The notes below the pieces were generated by a model, which saw only the letters and a program-made list of their open reading frames with translations, was not told the DNA's origin and searched no databases. Of a stretch of DNA of 64,000 nucleotides, positions 34,753-47,947 are shown one piece after another. The number at the start of each line of letters is the position of its first letter. Within the stretch, counting starts at the first letter, position 1. Origin of the DNA: Klebsormidium nitens (taxonomy: Eukaryota; Plantae; Klebsormidiophyceae); contig DF237101.1 in the NCBI GenBank assembly GCA_000708835.1, positions 62,001 to 126,000 on the forward strand, read 5' to 3'. Position numbers and translations under genes: made by a program.

Positions 34753-36437
34753 GGAGAGTACGAACCGTAGGCAGTTTACAAATCTTCGTAAGCTATCTTG
34801 GCAGCTTGACCTGGCAGCGGCGCTCAAGCTCCGAATATTGATCACCCGGAAGCAATGGGTCGACATACTATTTTCAGTCAATCGAAATATGACTCTATTG
34901 ACCCGGATCCGGACTCCGACAAGGGGAAGGTCCTTGCTTCTCTGATTTACAGCCAGTCAGTTGTGTGTAACAAGATCTTGGTATCTAGCTCGACCAGGAG
35001 ATTGACTCCCTGGCACCAATCACTAGCGCACGGACACCCACTTTACATGCTCAACTACAATGTGCCGTTTAGTATTCAAGTCCGACTTCATGTTATTGCT
35101 TGGGAGGGGAAAAGCGGCGAGGCGCGACGGATGCCACGCCGCGGGCCATTCGCGCCTGGGCTGCGCGGCGGCCAATTGTAAGTAATGGAATTCTGTGCGT
35201 GCTGAACTGCATACCACATGGCACTGTTCAATTAAGATTGGAGTCACGTACGTCAGCTACAGTCCGGAAAATTGATCGTCGGTATGATCTTTATGGTTAA
35301 GCTCACAGTGAGCTCAGAGTTTCATTGAGTTTCCGCTGGCCCATGCAGCGGTATTCGGGTATCAAGTTGTTACCGTCTCCAACATAACGCTTGCATGAAA
35401 CGATATTGGCACTTTACTTGGCATGGTACATAGGCACTTGAATGTGCGAGTTTTACGTGCGCGGGCCACAATCGATCACTGTAACACGTCCAAATGAAGC
35501 CGGACTCACCATGCTGCCATGAATTAGTATACATTCTTGTAAGTATGGCACGATTGCATGGCGGCTGCTTGGTGAGTAGGAGCCATGAGCCGGATTGAAT
35601 GCTAGCTCGATTCACTATCGACAGCCCTTGACTGATTCCTGTTCCTCATGAATGCTATTAGCAAGACGTCTCGATTTTCAGCAGCGCGCGGTATACATCG
35701 AAATTACATTCGATGCAGCCATGCAGTTGATCTGGAAATAGGTACTGTCGAGGCGTTATTCTTCAGGGCTTTGTAGTACGCGGCCGTGGTGAGTCCTGGA
35801 CCAGTCTCATGGAACCTCGCGATTTGCGCCAGGCATCCGAGATGTTCATCAGGCCTGGCAATTTCGATTGTAAGTCTACATTGTTAATTGTTTGACCAAA
35901 TATCAGTCCTCTTTAGTACTTATCCGCACAGATTCGAAACTGAAACCTCGTTCATTGAACTGGTGACCTGAGCTCACATAACAATACGCGCTCTCGCTAT
36001 TCCTGCTTGACTTTGAATTTTTTGACCCCGCAAGCAGCCCCCGCTGTGCAACTTGCGGCGCGCAGTGTGATCCAGTCTGTGCATGCAGCTATCCTCAGTA
36101 CTGTCGCGCTCTTCGCTTTACCTCGCTTCACTTGCTTAACCTAATGACCGAGCTACTTGATTGATCTACGGTTCACATGGTACATTATGGACATACCGAC
36201 AGATGCTTAAAGTTTGACTCTAATGCAAGCGCCCCTCATCCAAGCAAGACTGCTGTTTTGACGGATTTTGGTTGACGCGGGTTGGCACTTTTTCTACACC
36301 CAGCGGACATTTGGACGCGCCTTCTCAGCAGCAGCCGTCGTCCGCAACAGAGAGCGACGCGTTGCCACTGGCGACCTAGTAACTGGAGTCCGACTTTGAC
36401 GGTCCCCTCGCAATACCGGTAACGCCCATTTTACATG

Positions 36438-36586
36438 AGAGCCATTGCACTTAGGATCCAAGCTACCCGGGCGGACAAACTAAATTCCCTAACCAACAGC
36501 ATCACCCGCTCCGCACCCGAACCCATTCTAACCACCAAACTAACACTACCCGTCTCCCGGGCGCCAATCTTGAGTGAAATGGCTCT
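36438..36586 (-). mobile_element. Telomere-like-core MITE, copy B
   Basis: Reverse core (CCCTAACC...CACCCGCTCCGCACCCGAACCC...CTACCCGTCTCCC) flanked by CCCGGG and 19-nt arms (16/19 complementary). Confidence 0.75.
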
Positions 36587-36699
36587 TAATCGAAATGGGA
36601 GTTACCAGAATTGCCTCGCAGACCAGGTAAAGGGGCGACCAAGGACTGCACTTGGAGGGGCAAAGCGTCGCCGAAGCCACGTGGGCGCCCACGCCCTCA

Positions 36700-39600
36700 T
36701 TACGTCAGCGCTCCTTGCTTGACGAAGCTCTTGATGGTGCTTACCAGCAACGGCATGTTGATCGGTTTCGTGAGGTACCTGGCATGAGGAAAGTAGCCAG
36801 GATGCTTGAAAGAGTCCCCGGAGCCTTCCATTATTTGCAGAAGAGAACCGACTCGCGTGCGTCGCAAATTGCGCAAAGGGAACGAACAAAGAAGGTGTCA
36901 AACGTGCCTGTTTTCAGAACGGGCAAAATTGGCCGGTCAACGATTCAAGGTCTCGTGATTCTGAAACGGGAACAAACTGCCCGTTTTTTTTGATATCGAA
37001 AGAGGGTGCCATCCGAGACGTCAGACTTTTTGTTAGAGCTTGAATCCACCCTGGCAGGACCGCTTTGCACAAGCAAGCATGGCGGCAGCATGGGTCTAGC
37101 GCGACTCCTTTTGTTTACTGACACACACTCGGCACCGCCGAAATGGATCAGAGCAGCCCAGAGTACGTCCCCAATTGTGATTAATCACCAGGGGTAGAGA
37201 AACATGCAAGTACAGAGGGGAAAAGACATTCTTCGTTGCTTAATACCTCACGTCTCAAGCCTCAAGCGGAAACTATTACAGCTTCTCCCGAGCAACCTGC
37301 CAGTTTTAGTGGGAAAATTGGTCTAAGTTAGTCAGTCTGCTGATGAGTGAAATTAGTCTAAGTTAGATGACACTAAAACTGGCAGGTTGCTCGGGAGAAG
37401 CTGTAATCACATAGAAACACGGCGCGCGTTTTCTCACCCGTCCATCCCGACCCCCAGGCACTTCTCTTTGTCAGTCGCCATTGCGTGCGCTGCACGAGAG
37501 CCACAGCGCAGATCATAGAATCAGGTCGTCGCTTCCGGCAGGAAACTCAAGAAAGACAATAGTAAGCCGAGAGAATAGTAAGGTAACCGCACTGGGACGG
37601 GTAGGGTTGGTTTGGTGGTTAGTGTGGGTACGGGTGCGGAGCAGGTGTATTTTTGGGTTAGGGTTTTTAGTGTTAGTCGGAGCTTATCAGTATCTTGGCT
37701 TACTATTATCTTTCTTGAGAGTTATGCTTCCGGCGTTCTCGGACAGCCAAATGGTGGTCAATTCTCTTCTTACGTCTTTTTGCTGACAACCGGCGGAGGC
37801 GGTCACCCCACTCTACTTACTAGTCTAGTAAATCCTGCTTGGTTGAGGGAAGAGCTTTCGTTGAAACGCGAGGTTAGATTCACGGAGCGAAAACCTCTAC
37901 CAGCGAGTCAACTGTGATCCGTCACTGTTTCTTGTTTCTTCTTTGAAGAGACCAGCTAGTGATGCGAGGCTGCATCCCATTAATCGAAAGTTTCTTCGTT
38001 CTACAACGCGGGCTGCATCACAGGTGCTTGAAATAGAATAATGACGGGTAACACATTCAGTTACGAACCCTTCACTAAACAAGATAATGTACGGGATATT
38101 CAATCTGGGGTAAACAAATAACGGGAGAATCGTTTAAGAGAAATCTTTGATGTTGGATATTTGCTGAATAACTCCTCCCCTTTCAGGAACCTCGCAAGAC
38201 TTGGAACGTCGAAAGAAGGGACTTTCTGCTATGCTGACACTCCGTTCGAAGCCAACCATTGTTCTCGGGCCCACCGTGCCACAAAACAAACCGCAGAACA
38301 AATCCGGCACCAGAGGAGTTCCAAGGCCCAGAGTGGAAGCGAAAACTGCCAACGAGACTGATGCGCACGTGAATCCTCGATCCGCAAACGTTATGTTCTT
38401 TCCTGGAGCTCACCCGTTAAAGCTACGATGGGCACGTGCACTTTCTCCCCCTTCTCTAGTTCCCGGATCTCGGTCGTGGCGCCGTAGCCGTCCAGCACCG
38501 GCATCTGGCAGTCCATGAGAACTAGATCGAAGCAGCCGGACGTCCGCAAGGCCTCGGCCAGGGCGTCCGCGGGGGGTCCAAATTCGGACAGCGAGGGAGG
38601 GGCTTTTTGGGCGTTCAGTTGGAGCTCCATCGCGGCCAAGATGGCGTTCACCGCCTGCGGAATACAAGAATTTCTGGAATAATTTTCTTGGGTCTATTCA
38701 TCGGGAAACGGTGTGAAGAACTCGTCTAGTTCTTGGGATCCAGGAAATTGGGAGTTGGAAGTGCCGGGCTCTTCTCAACTTGAAGACTGCGAGATCAGAA
38801 GCGTTTTGGGGGCAGCTTGAGTCACCGTTGGCTCCGGCGCAGAGGAAAGAGATACTTTGACGTTGAGAGAGCATTTTCCAGGGAGCCAGACAGGGCTGTT
38901 ATGTTGACTGGGGCTTCTTCGTTCAGCTTGCTCCAGATCTTACCCAATCTATTGCATAGACGGCCCTCCATCCCTGCCATCTGTGCCCGACGAAGCACAA
39001 AAAGCAAACCAGTAAAGATTCTCATTTTGGAACACATCCCAACAGTTTCTTGCCTATTGTGCACTGTCACGTAAACTGGAAGGGGCGGACAAGCGGACAC
39101 CAACTCCGACTTTTTTCTTCTGAACACGACTCATCGCCAAATTCGCTCTTAAGCAAGCCTGTGTCATCTGTGGTGCTCCTCCACTCCGCAAAATCTTGGT
39201 CACCAGGAGCTTCTGAAAGAGGTATGACTCAAAACGCAGCTTTTCAAGCTATCCATAAAAGCTGTTTCCCGTCTAAGCAAATACACAGAGAGAAGAGAGC
39301 CAGCAATAAAACCTCTCTGGACATGCTTCCCATCCTATCTCCGTTTCAGAATTGGAAGCCCGAATGAAGTGATCGTGCTTGGCACTGCTTTGATCTCACC
39401 TGCCGCCCGTTCTCGACCGCAAACACACGCGCCCCGACTCTGGTCAGAATCGTCGTCGCCAGCTTTCGCAGCAGTACCGTATCTTCCACGATCAAAATGT
39501 GCACACCCGCGAGCGGCAGGCCCTCTCCCCCGGGCTCCCCTCCAGGTTTGCCAGTCGCCTTGACCTTACCCGGTTGCTTCTCACCGGTCACCTCTTGACT

Positions 39601-42600
39601 GACGCTCGCTTCTGCCGGCGGTGGGTTTGCGGCCCGGGGCTCCCTTATGCTCATTGTAGCCAATCTAGTTGTCATCGTCCGGGTTTCAGAGCTTGCGGAC
39701 GCGGTTCTTTCAGCAAAAAGGGAGGGTGTCCGCCAATCCGTTGGAGTTTCGGGCCCCTTCTCATCGACCGCACCGCGGGTCGCAGCGAACGCTATGCCCG
39801 ATTGGATCATAAGCTCTTGCCTCTCGTCTTCCGTCATAACGACCGGTTTTCTAAACGGGCGGCCTTTCGGTAACCCGTTTTCGGACTCCACTGGGGGCGA
39901 CGCCGGGACTGCAGTCCCCAGAAGGGCGTCCGGATTCCGGTTGTCGCTAAGCATGGCGGTTAGCAGGGACAGCAGCCGCGACGGGTGGAGCACGTCATAC
40001 GCTATGATGCCGCACCCGGAGGCCGCGCGCATCTCCTCGTACATCGCCCCGGGCAGCGCGAAGGAGACGAGCCACGCGACGGCGACACGTGGCGCGTTCG
40101 GGGCCGTCCGATCGTAGTCTCCCAGGAGGGAGCGTAGTGTGACGGATAACGCCTCGGGGCACGGGAACCCGGGCACAACTGACGTGTCGAGAATCAGGAG
40201 CAGGGACCCGGAGAAATTGCCCCGGTTGCTTTGCTTGCTCGAACCGCTTTCTCGAGGAGGCTGCACAAAGAGTTGGGGGCCCGGCGGCGCTATCTCGCTT
40301 GGCGTCGCGTCGCTTTCGCTCGGCCACAACCGGGAGGGCTTCCGGATCTGGGTACTGTTGCTCGCACTACACTGCGGACGTCCGTCCCTGTCAGTCGAAA
40401 GGTCCGCATCTTCGTCCACAGTCTCGATACGGGCGCTGTGCTTGCTGCTGAGCAATTGGGTGAACGTCTCCCGCAGGCCGCCCCACCGCTCGGCCACGTG
40501 AACCCTCAAGCCCCGCCGCGTCATCCAGGCCGCGGCCGCGGCGCGCCCCGCGGGATCCCCCTTCAGGAGCAAGACGGTGGTCCCTTCGACACGAGACAGA
40601 ATGGAACGTTCTCTGCGCGGAAAGTCGGACGCAGACGCGGTGGAGGACATCCGTCGGACTTCCGGCCGTCGAGGTTCCGCTGCGGACGGCAGCGCCGCGA
40701 CTTGCGATGACTTTGCCCCGGTTGCTTGGTTCCCGAGCGCTTTGAACGCCGCTTCCGGTGTGCCGAAAAAGCTTCCGTTGCCGTCGGGGGAGTCTTCCGG
40801 CGGAAGCCCGAGCACGATATGGAACCGGAAGAGACTCCCGGGCTCTGCTTTGTCCTCAATTCGAATGGCGCCCCCCATGAGGGAGACCAGGTTTTTCACC
40901 ATTGCGAGGCCCAGACCGTATCCGCCGCTGTGCCGGGACCCCTGGGTGAAGCTCCCGAGGACTTCCGTCCGCCGGCTGGGTGGAATCCCGACGCCTGTGG
41001 ACGAAAACCCGGAGGAGCGGTCGAGACTATAAGCGGAACACGATACCTCAGGTAAACAGGGCCCTTCAGGCATGCGATGCTTTCCTTCCTAGTGTGGGAC
41101 CGTTGTTCTTCTGGGTTTCAGGCGGTGCTCCTGATTCTACAAGCCAATCTCGTATTCAGACGAAATGTTGCACTACGGGAAGTGAAAGTGGACTGCAGGC
41201 TCCTTCGGGCAAGGGACCGTGAGCAGAATATTCTGAATACTTTACGTTTGGATTAGAAGAATGAGAGGCAGCCTGAGTGGACGGGCGAATGCTCGAAGAT
41301 CTTTGATGCCAGCCTTTGACACCTGAGATTCCTCCCTTGTGTTGTGGAAAGTGTGCAGCTTGATCACTCAAAGAGCAGGTTGATTCAAGTCAAAAGGAGA
41401 GGCAATAAAGGGCAACGAGGTGGCCGTCTGGATAATAATCGTCCAGATTCCCAACAGGCTTCGATGCCCTCAGAATTTGCTATAGAGCCCAAGAAGCAAT
41501 GATGCAGATCCAAAAAAATTACCTGGTCTTTGAAAGCTGCACGCTATCCGAAAATACAGGTTCACCTATGCAGCGCGGCCCCTTATGCATCCGAAGAATC
41601 ATTCTTTGTCGCTGACTATTCGACACTCTTGCCCCACTATGGGTGAAGTGAAAACTGGATGCAGTACTCGGTATAGGAGCAGAGAGCACAGGTTTATTGA
41701 AGAGAGAGCGCCGAACTTTACTGCTCATGCTTCAATCAAAGTGAATCTAAAAGAAGACTTACCGGTGTCGTCCACTTCGAAGACGATCGTTGTCCTCCTC
41801 AAACTCTCAACTCTGCTGGACAGTTTCTTCGACGCGACTCGAATCAACGTTCGGAACACTTTGTGGATGGGCTTTGGCGTTGATGTGGTAGCGGGCGAAT
41901 CGGGCAGAACCGAAGCTCGAACCACTATATGGCCCTCATTCGTGAACTGCGCAAAGGTTGGAGCACGGAGTCATTCTTTGCCAGAGTTTCATTCTTCTTG
42001 GGCTTACGGTGCTGGTGGATGAAGCGTCGAGGTCGAGACAGACTTTTCTTTGCGACCTACTGCCAAGTACTCAAAACCGACAGGCTTGTTCAGGAGTCCC
42101 AGAAAAATTCTCCAGAAGAGCTAATCTGCTGATTGGTGCTCGCAGCAGGAAGCTCTCCCGTCTTCATAACGCTCTTCGCCCCTACCCCAGTTTTCCTACT
42201 CGCGCTACCCCTCTAACGAACAAGGAATCTCGCGTTTCATCATTTGCTAAGCGAGGGAGTAGGGCTTCCATTTAAAATCTAATACTTCTACTAAAATCAG
42301 AAATTTATCACTCTTCTCGAAACTCACCGTCACTGCATTGCCCACCAGGTTCGCCAGGATCTGCCGCACGCGCGCGCAGTCCCCGACGACTCTCCGCGGA
42401 ACGCCGTCGTCCAGGTCGAGAACTAGTGCGACGCCCTTTTTGGCGGACTGCACCGCGAACATGTCCACCAGCGCCTCCAGCTCCTGGCCCAGGTCGAACG
42501 GGCCCGCCTCCAGGCTCAGCTTGCCGGACTCAACCTGGACGTCCGAAGCGCACGGAGGTCAGCGTCCGGAAAAATGGTCCTGACTTGCTGGACTCAACAA

Positions 42601-45600
42601 GTGGACTTCCGAAGCGCACGGAGGTCAGCGTCCGCAGGAATGGTCTCGACTTGCCGGACTCTACCTGGACGTCCGAAGCGCACGGTGTCAGCATCGGCAA
42701 GACGAGTCTCGACTCTCGCAAAAGAGAAAACTTCAGATGAGGGAAGAGTTATTTATGGCGGAGCGTCGTAAGAGTAAGACAAGTACGTGCTCCCATTCCT
42801 AGGCCAGGAGAAGGCATAATGTATCCTGGAAGATGCCAATGACTTGACCAACTCCGTTCTTTAAAAGCAGACGTCGTAGACGCGGCAGAGGCTGTAGCTC
42901 AATGATTGCAACTGATTCAAAGTAGACGACGCTTCAGAAGCTGTGGCTTCATGAATGCATTTGTTTCGAAGCAGAAAGTAGGACTCCTATCCGGAATAAA
43001 ACCTCCAATCAGATCGAACTTTGAAATCCTTAGAAAGTGGTCACGTTAAGATATGCACTCCGTGTTCTGACGTTTGTCAAAGAAGTTGTGGACTACCTTG
43101 TGGAGGTCCAGGATGGACTTGAGGAGGTCTAGCAGCTGCAGCGCGCACAGGCGCACCTGCTTCAGGCTGCTGCGCTGCTCGCTGTGGAGCCGCCCGTCGC
43201 CTAGCAGCACCTCGAGGAGCCCTGCATCCGTTAGAAAGACGTTCCGTTGAAAAGTCCATTCCGTCGGAGAGATTATTCGGTTGGGAAAAAATGGTGGGAA
43301 ACTGGTCCGTTCCAGAGAGCCTTAGTTGGACAAAGAGATTGTGGGGGAAGACTGTTCCGTTCCCCAAAGAGCCTTAAGCGGAGAGATCATTCATTCTCAC
43401 TTTGGCACCTTAAAAATCTAGTTTGCATCTTCTCGTCTTGTACAGATCTTCCGCATACATGTGAACTGATACGGGCGTAATGAGCGAGCGGGCAGACGAA
43501 AGCAAAAGCCTTCGCGTCAGGACAACCAAAAATCAGTTTAGTCGCTTCTAGCCAGTGCCTGCCTAGGAGTGTTCTTTGAGGCCTCACCGATGATGCAGCA
43601 GAGGGGCGTCCGCACGTCGTGGCTCATGGCCGCCAGGAACTGGCTCTTGTAGTCGGACGCCTTTTCCGCCCGGTCCTTGAGCTGCAAACTGTGGATCAGC
43701 TCCGCCCTGAGGAGCATTTCCCGGCTAACCCGGCAGGTTAGCAGCACGGTTAGCACGCAACCTAGCAATAGGACCCCGGCCGTAATTGAACTGATGATGA
43801 TCAGCTCCCGCAAGGAGGTCTGGTCAATGTCGTCCCAGATGACCGACCTGGGAACGGCCATAACCGTAACCTGGAAAAGAAAGGAGAAAATCAGTTGATG
43901 AGGATGAAGATTTGATGGCGTCTGCGAGACTGAGGTTTGAGGTTGCCTCGAAGAAAGGACTTTGAAGCTGAAAGTTTAGCACAGGCAAGACCACAAGCTC
44001 AAGATTTCCCTTTGAGTTGGCCAAAGGAAGTTCGTATCGGGCGAGCTTTGGTGGGGCAAACGTCTGAAACGGTTTCACTGGATCAAGCGAGGAGAGTGCT
44101 GGTAACAAGAAGGGCGGCTGAAGATTGATAAGATATAATGAGGGACGATGGACAACAAAGTTCTATGGATGAAATCCCACTTCTAGGCTGCGTTTTGAGT
44201 CGACAGAGAAGCTTCAATTGACTGACAATCGGCTATCACGCATCTGCATGTGGACCTGAGAGCTTGCAAGTCAAGCTTCCAACGGAACTGCAGTAGAAGG
44301 GAATCTCAATACCGTCGGAGTTTGGAAATCAAAAAACGGTCTGAAGAGCTTCTTTGTCACAGTGAAAAACTTCAAAGAGCGTTGGACGGGGCAGCGCTGC
44401 TGGATGGATGAGGGACACGATGTCATTAGAAGACATCAAATCAGGTTATGACAAGGAGACACTGTCCTTGCAGTCTAGTAGCGTTATTCAGAAGGCTCGA
44501 GCCCTACTATACCAATCATGTACCTCCTCCCTTGACAAGAAGTTGCAGCGCTAGCCAACCTACTTCGCAAGAACTCTTGCAATGGTTGGAAAGTCTTTGA
44601 GCTCGAGCGTTTTCAACGGTACGTACCAAGATTCTGGATTCCACCTCCATAGTGGCACCGGAGATATAGTAGCCCTCCCCCGCCAATGGCACGCTGTGGA
44701 ACTGCGCGATCCCCGTTGCAGGCCACTGTTGACGAGCCGCTGGGGTCGAGAGAAAGCGCGCGGACTCGCGCATGAGCCTGTTTGACGTGTTCAAGGCTTT
44801 CAGAGTCACGTCTAACGATGCTGCAATGGAGAATGAGATTTCCTGGTGTCAGTGATTCCTGGTTCAGGGCAATCAGTCAGGAGGTTTCCCTCGTTGAAAA
44901 AGAACACGCAAAATCATCCGATTTCTTTCTCAAATCAATAATAAACACTCATAAAAACGACTCCATACTTCCACCCTGCGCCATGAATACTCCGCATCAG
45001 CTACCAGTAAGCATCCTGAGCACTAGGGGGACTTCAATCGGACAAGAGGCTACCCGAATCACAGCATTCCTTCACCGATGAGGAGGATGAATAGGATATC
45101 GCTTCAATGTACAGTTCCTAGGACGCGATTCAGTGCTCAATCAGCTTCTCGGTAAATCTGGCATTTCCTTCGAAAGAGGCGCGCCGTTTGAAGGGAGGCG
45201 ATGTGGACAAGCAAAAAGAGGTGCAACTAGTGCTCCACGCCTCCGCATTTTGCTTTACCTCAAGGCAGCTTAAGCTCGAACAAAGGTCAAATGACATCTT
45301 CCTAGTATCGACTTCCAAGGGTCATTCTTAGTCTCCGCACTTGATGGTAATGTCCAAACACACCGGATCACCAAGACTGCCCTGTTGTCCTATCAACTGA
45401 GCAGCTATTGGGAGTATTCTCGCCAGTGGAACTTGCGTTCAGGTTTGACGTCCAAGTTCGACTGAGCTTGCTTCTATCCCCCCCGCCTCGTGTCCTTAAC
45501 ATAAATCCTACGCCCCTTCACCGTCTAGATCTCAGAAAGAAATGCTTTTCAAAAGGACGAACCAGATCATCCCAAGGACTGGGAGTCAAAAATCGAATGC

Positions 45601-47947
45601 GCCTTCACAATGTGATGAGTCAAATCGTTCACGCACTCACTCATTAGCGCGGGATCGTAAGTTCCGGTCAAGTCCGAGCTGGCGATGACTTTCTCGGTGT
45701 ACGCCTCAGAAACATACAGGAGCCCCGCATGCTCCGGCCGAATGCTCGCGAGCAGCTGTGTGAGCGTGTCGGCGGTCGAAGTCCCGAAGGCAACCCCCAG
45801 GGTTGCGTTGCTAACCGGGTCCTTAACCACTTGCGCAGATAGGAAGACCAAGGTGGTGTTCATTGCCCACTGCACCGGGAAAGGCACTGGTCAGGAAGAC
45901 TCTTCAATTCAGCAATGGTAAGCTTCAGCAATAGCAAGATAACCAGCCTGAGACGGGTAGGGTTACTGTGGTGGTTAGGGTGGGTTCGGGTGCGGAGCGG
46001 GTGATTTTGTAGGTAAGGTTTTTTGTGTTAGTGTTGAAGCTCACTATTGCTAGAGCTTACTATTGCTAAATTGAAGAGTTATCTGGTCAGGTCAACTGAG
46101 CTCATCATTCGCGCGGTTCTGATCGCTTCCGGTGGTTGAAGAAGTTGTGCTTCTGGCTGGCGACTTATCTTGATTGGGCTTCGCAAGCTTCGTGCCATCC
46201 ATTTGGGTTGCAACACTCTTCTGAGACTTGCCTTTCCTAGACTCAACTACCAAGTTGCACAGAAACGTGACACGTTTCTGGGCCTTAGCATTCGAGAACG
46301 ACAAGCCAGATACTCAAAGCCCGAGACCTGTCTCCGTTGGTTCAGCTTTGAAAGAAGCATCTCAGAAATTCCTGTCGAGCAAAGTAAAGGATTGGCGGCC
46401 AGGCGAATAACCCCTGAAAGCGAGAGGGCTTACGATGAGACCCCAAGCCATGGCGCCTGTAGTCATCGTCTCCCTGTAGGGCTCCGTGCACCTGAAATCC
46501 GTGGTCCCAATAATAGCAAAAGGCTTCGCAGTCGGGTTGCCAAACGGGTCCACACTTTGAAAGTACAAAGGCACTTTAGTGATTCCGCTGGGGTCCCTCG
46601 GTGGGGCGCTCGACTGGTTGGCAAAAATGTGCCGGATTCTGCCGTCGTCAAACCGGCGGTAGCCGGTGATGAGGCCGTCGTGGGTTTGAAAATGGCACCA
46701 GCTGACGTTGGGGGAGGACTCGAGCGTGGACAAGATGAGGGGGGCAATCTGTAGAGCAGAGAGTAGGAAAGTAAGTGCTTCGATGATAGTAACCTGTCTT
46801 TCTTCTACGGTGTGAAGCTTAGCTACGGATCATTGACCCAAAAACGGTTGGGTGATCGTCGGACCCGAATATATGAACTGGGAGCTCAGAAAGGGTTGGA
46901 CGGAACTCATGGAACGATTGTTTTTGACGGGGTGCCTCTCGGAGCTAAGGCGTTTATGAGGACGTTGGGAGGTGGTAATGTACGGATTGTGTGGATTAGC
47001 TAGGAGCGTTCGTAACAGGGAACCACAGCGCTGAAGGAGAAAGTTCTTGAGGAGAATGAGAACTTTGACACGCGGCAAAGCCGAATGCGGGACAGCCAAG
47101 AGGAATTTAAGATCGTAAGGTGGTCGAATCACAGAAGCTGGCAAGCGGCAACCTGCCGAAATTCATCCGCCTTGAGGCTTCCCTAATGAGGAGGAGCTTT
47201 GACTCCTTATACACTGACTCCAATAAAATGGCTCAAGCTGATGCGATCAAAACGGTCTAAGGGAAATCTGCTGAGACATAGAGCCTTTGAAGATCTCAGT
47301 TTGAGAGAAAAGACGACACTTCCGTAGTTCTGCCTTTCAAATCCTTACCTCTTTCTCGATCACGCTGAAGTCACTCAAGTCAGCCGTCCTCATGCGTGGC
47401 GTGAGGGCGATCGTCGTGGCAATCTGCCTGGACATTCGTGTCGTAGCGCTGAGATACTTTGAAAAAAACTTTGCACCGAAATCCAGTGAGTGCGCCTGAT
47501 TCTCCTTAGTCAGCCGCTCAATGTTGCGACGGGCCACAAAATCCATCTGATACCAAGTCGAGTAGGCCATGGCTGCGATGAGCACACACATGAGTACCTA
47601 TGCGCAGAACGGAAGCAAGTGGTGCGACGTCATTAGAAACACAGCATCTTAGCCGAGTACACAAGTCGCTCAAGTGTGAGAATGTATGAAGGATCTTCAA
47701 CTCCCTCCATCTGACACATGGCAGCAATGAGTGCAAATGCTCACAATGCAGTTAAGTACACGGACTGGTGAAAATCGATCGGAACATAAGATGAGGTAGC
47801 TCACAATGTCTGCGCGACGTTTTTTTGGTCACGTGAAACAAGACTTTGAGCTAGCACAGAGCGTCGGAGATTTAGAAGTGAGATGAAGCTCTGAAGGCAA
47901 GCTTGGCTGCACACCTCTGTTGCCGTCGTTGTCTCATCAGCGGCCAT
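36700..47947 (-). CDS. Membrane hybrid histidine kinase (AHK1/CKI1-like): sensor-TM-HisKA-HATPase-receiver
   Basis: TM segments; H-box KSQFLAAMSHDVRTPL; ILDLHK|VESGK; QILANLVGNAV; FEVDDTG|VGI; GGYGLGLAMV. Receiver motifs ILIVEDT...LLRKL, DLVLMDCQMPVLDGY, IVALT|AHAM and GMDG|YLTKP, stop at 36700. The first exon (ATG 47947) needs one extra base in the T7 run at 47820-47826, so the start is tentative. Confidence 0.9.
37279..37403. mobile_element. Tc1/mariner-like MITE (TA TSD) in the last intron of the histidine kinase gene
   Basis: Perfect 37-bp inverted repeat (37275-37311 / 37371-37407) reading TA|CAGC...GCTG|TA, with a 59-nt spacer containing GTCTAAGTTAG twice. Confidence 0.8.
37546..37719 (+). 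mobile_element. Telomere-like-core MITE, copy C (intronic)
   Basis: 27-nt arms (25/27 complementary) CTCAAGAAAGACAATAGTAAGCCGAGA around the conserved core. Confidence 0.85.
42520..42690 (-). repeat. Three tandem ~65-bp copies spanning a 3' splice site
   Basis: CCGAAGCGCACGG at 42543, 42609 and 42673 (spacing 66, 64). Confidence 0.9.
45899..46079 (+). mobile_element. Telomere-like-core MITE, copy D (intronic)
   Basis: 36-nt arms (32/36 complementary) ACTCTTCAATTCAGCAATGGTAAGCTTCAGCAATAG around the conserved core. Confidence 0.85.

Noticed and set aside
36652-36993. 113-aa plus-strand ORF
   Set aside because: It overlaps the last exon of the histidine kinase (YLTKP) on the minus strand.
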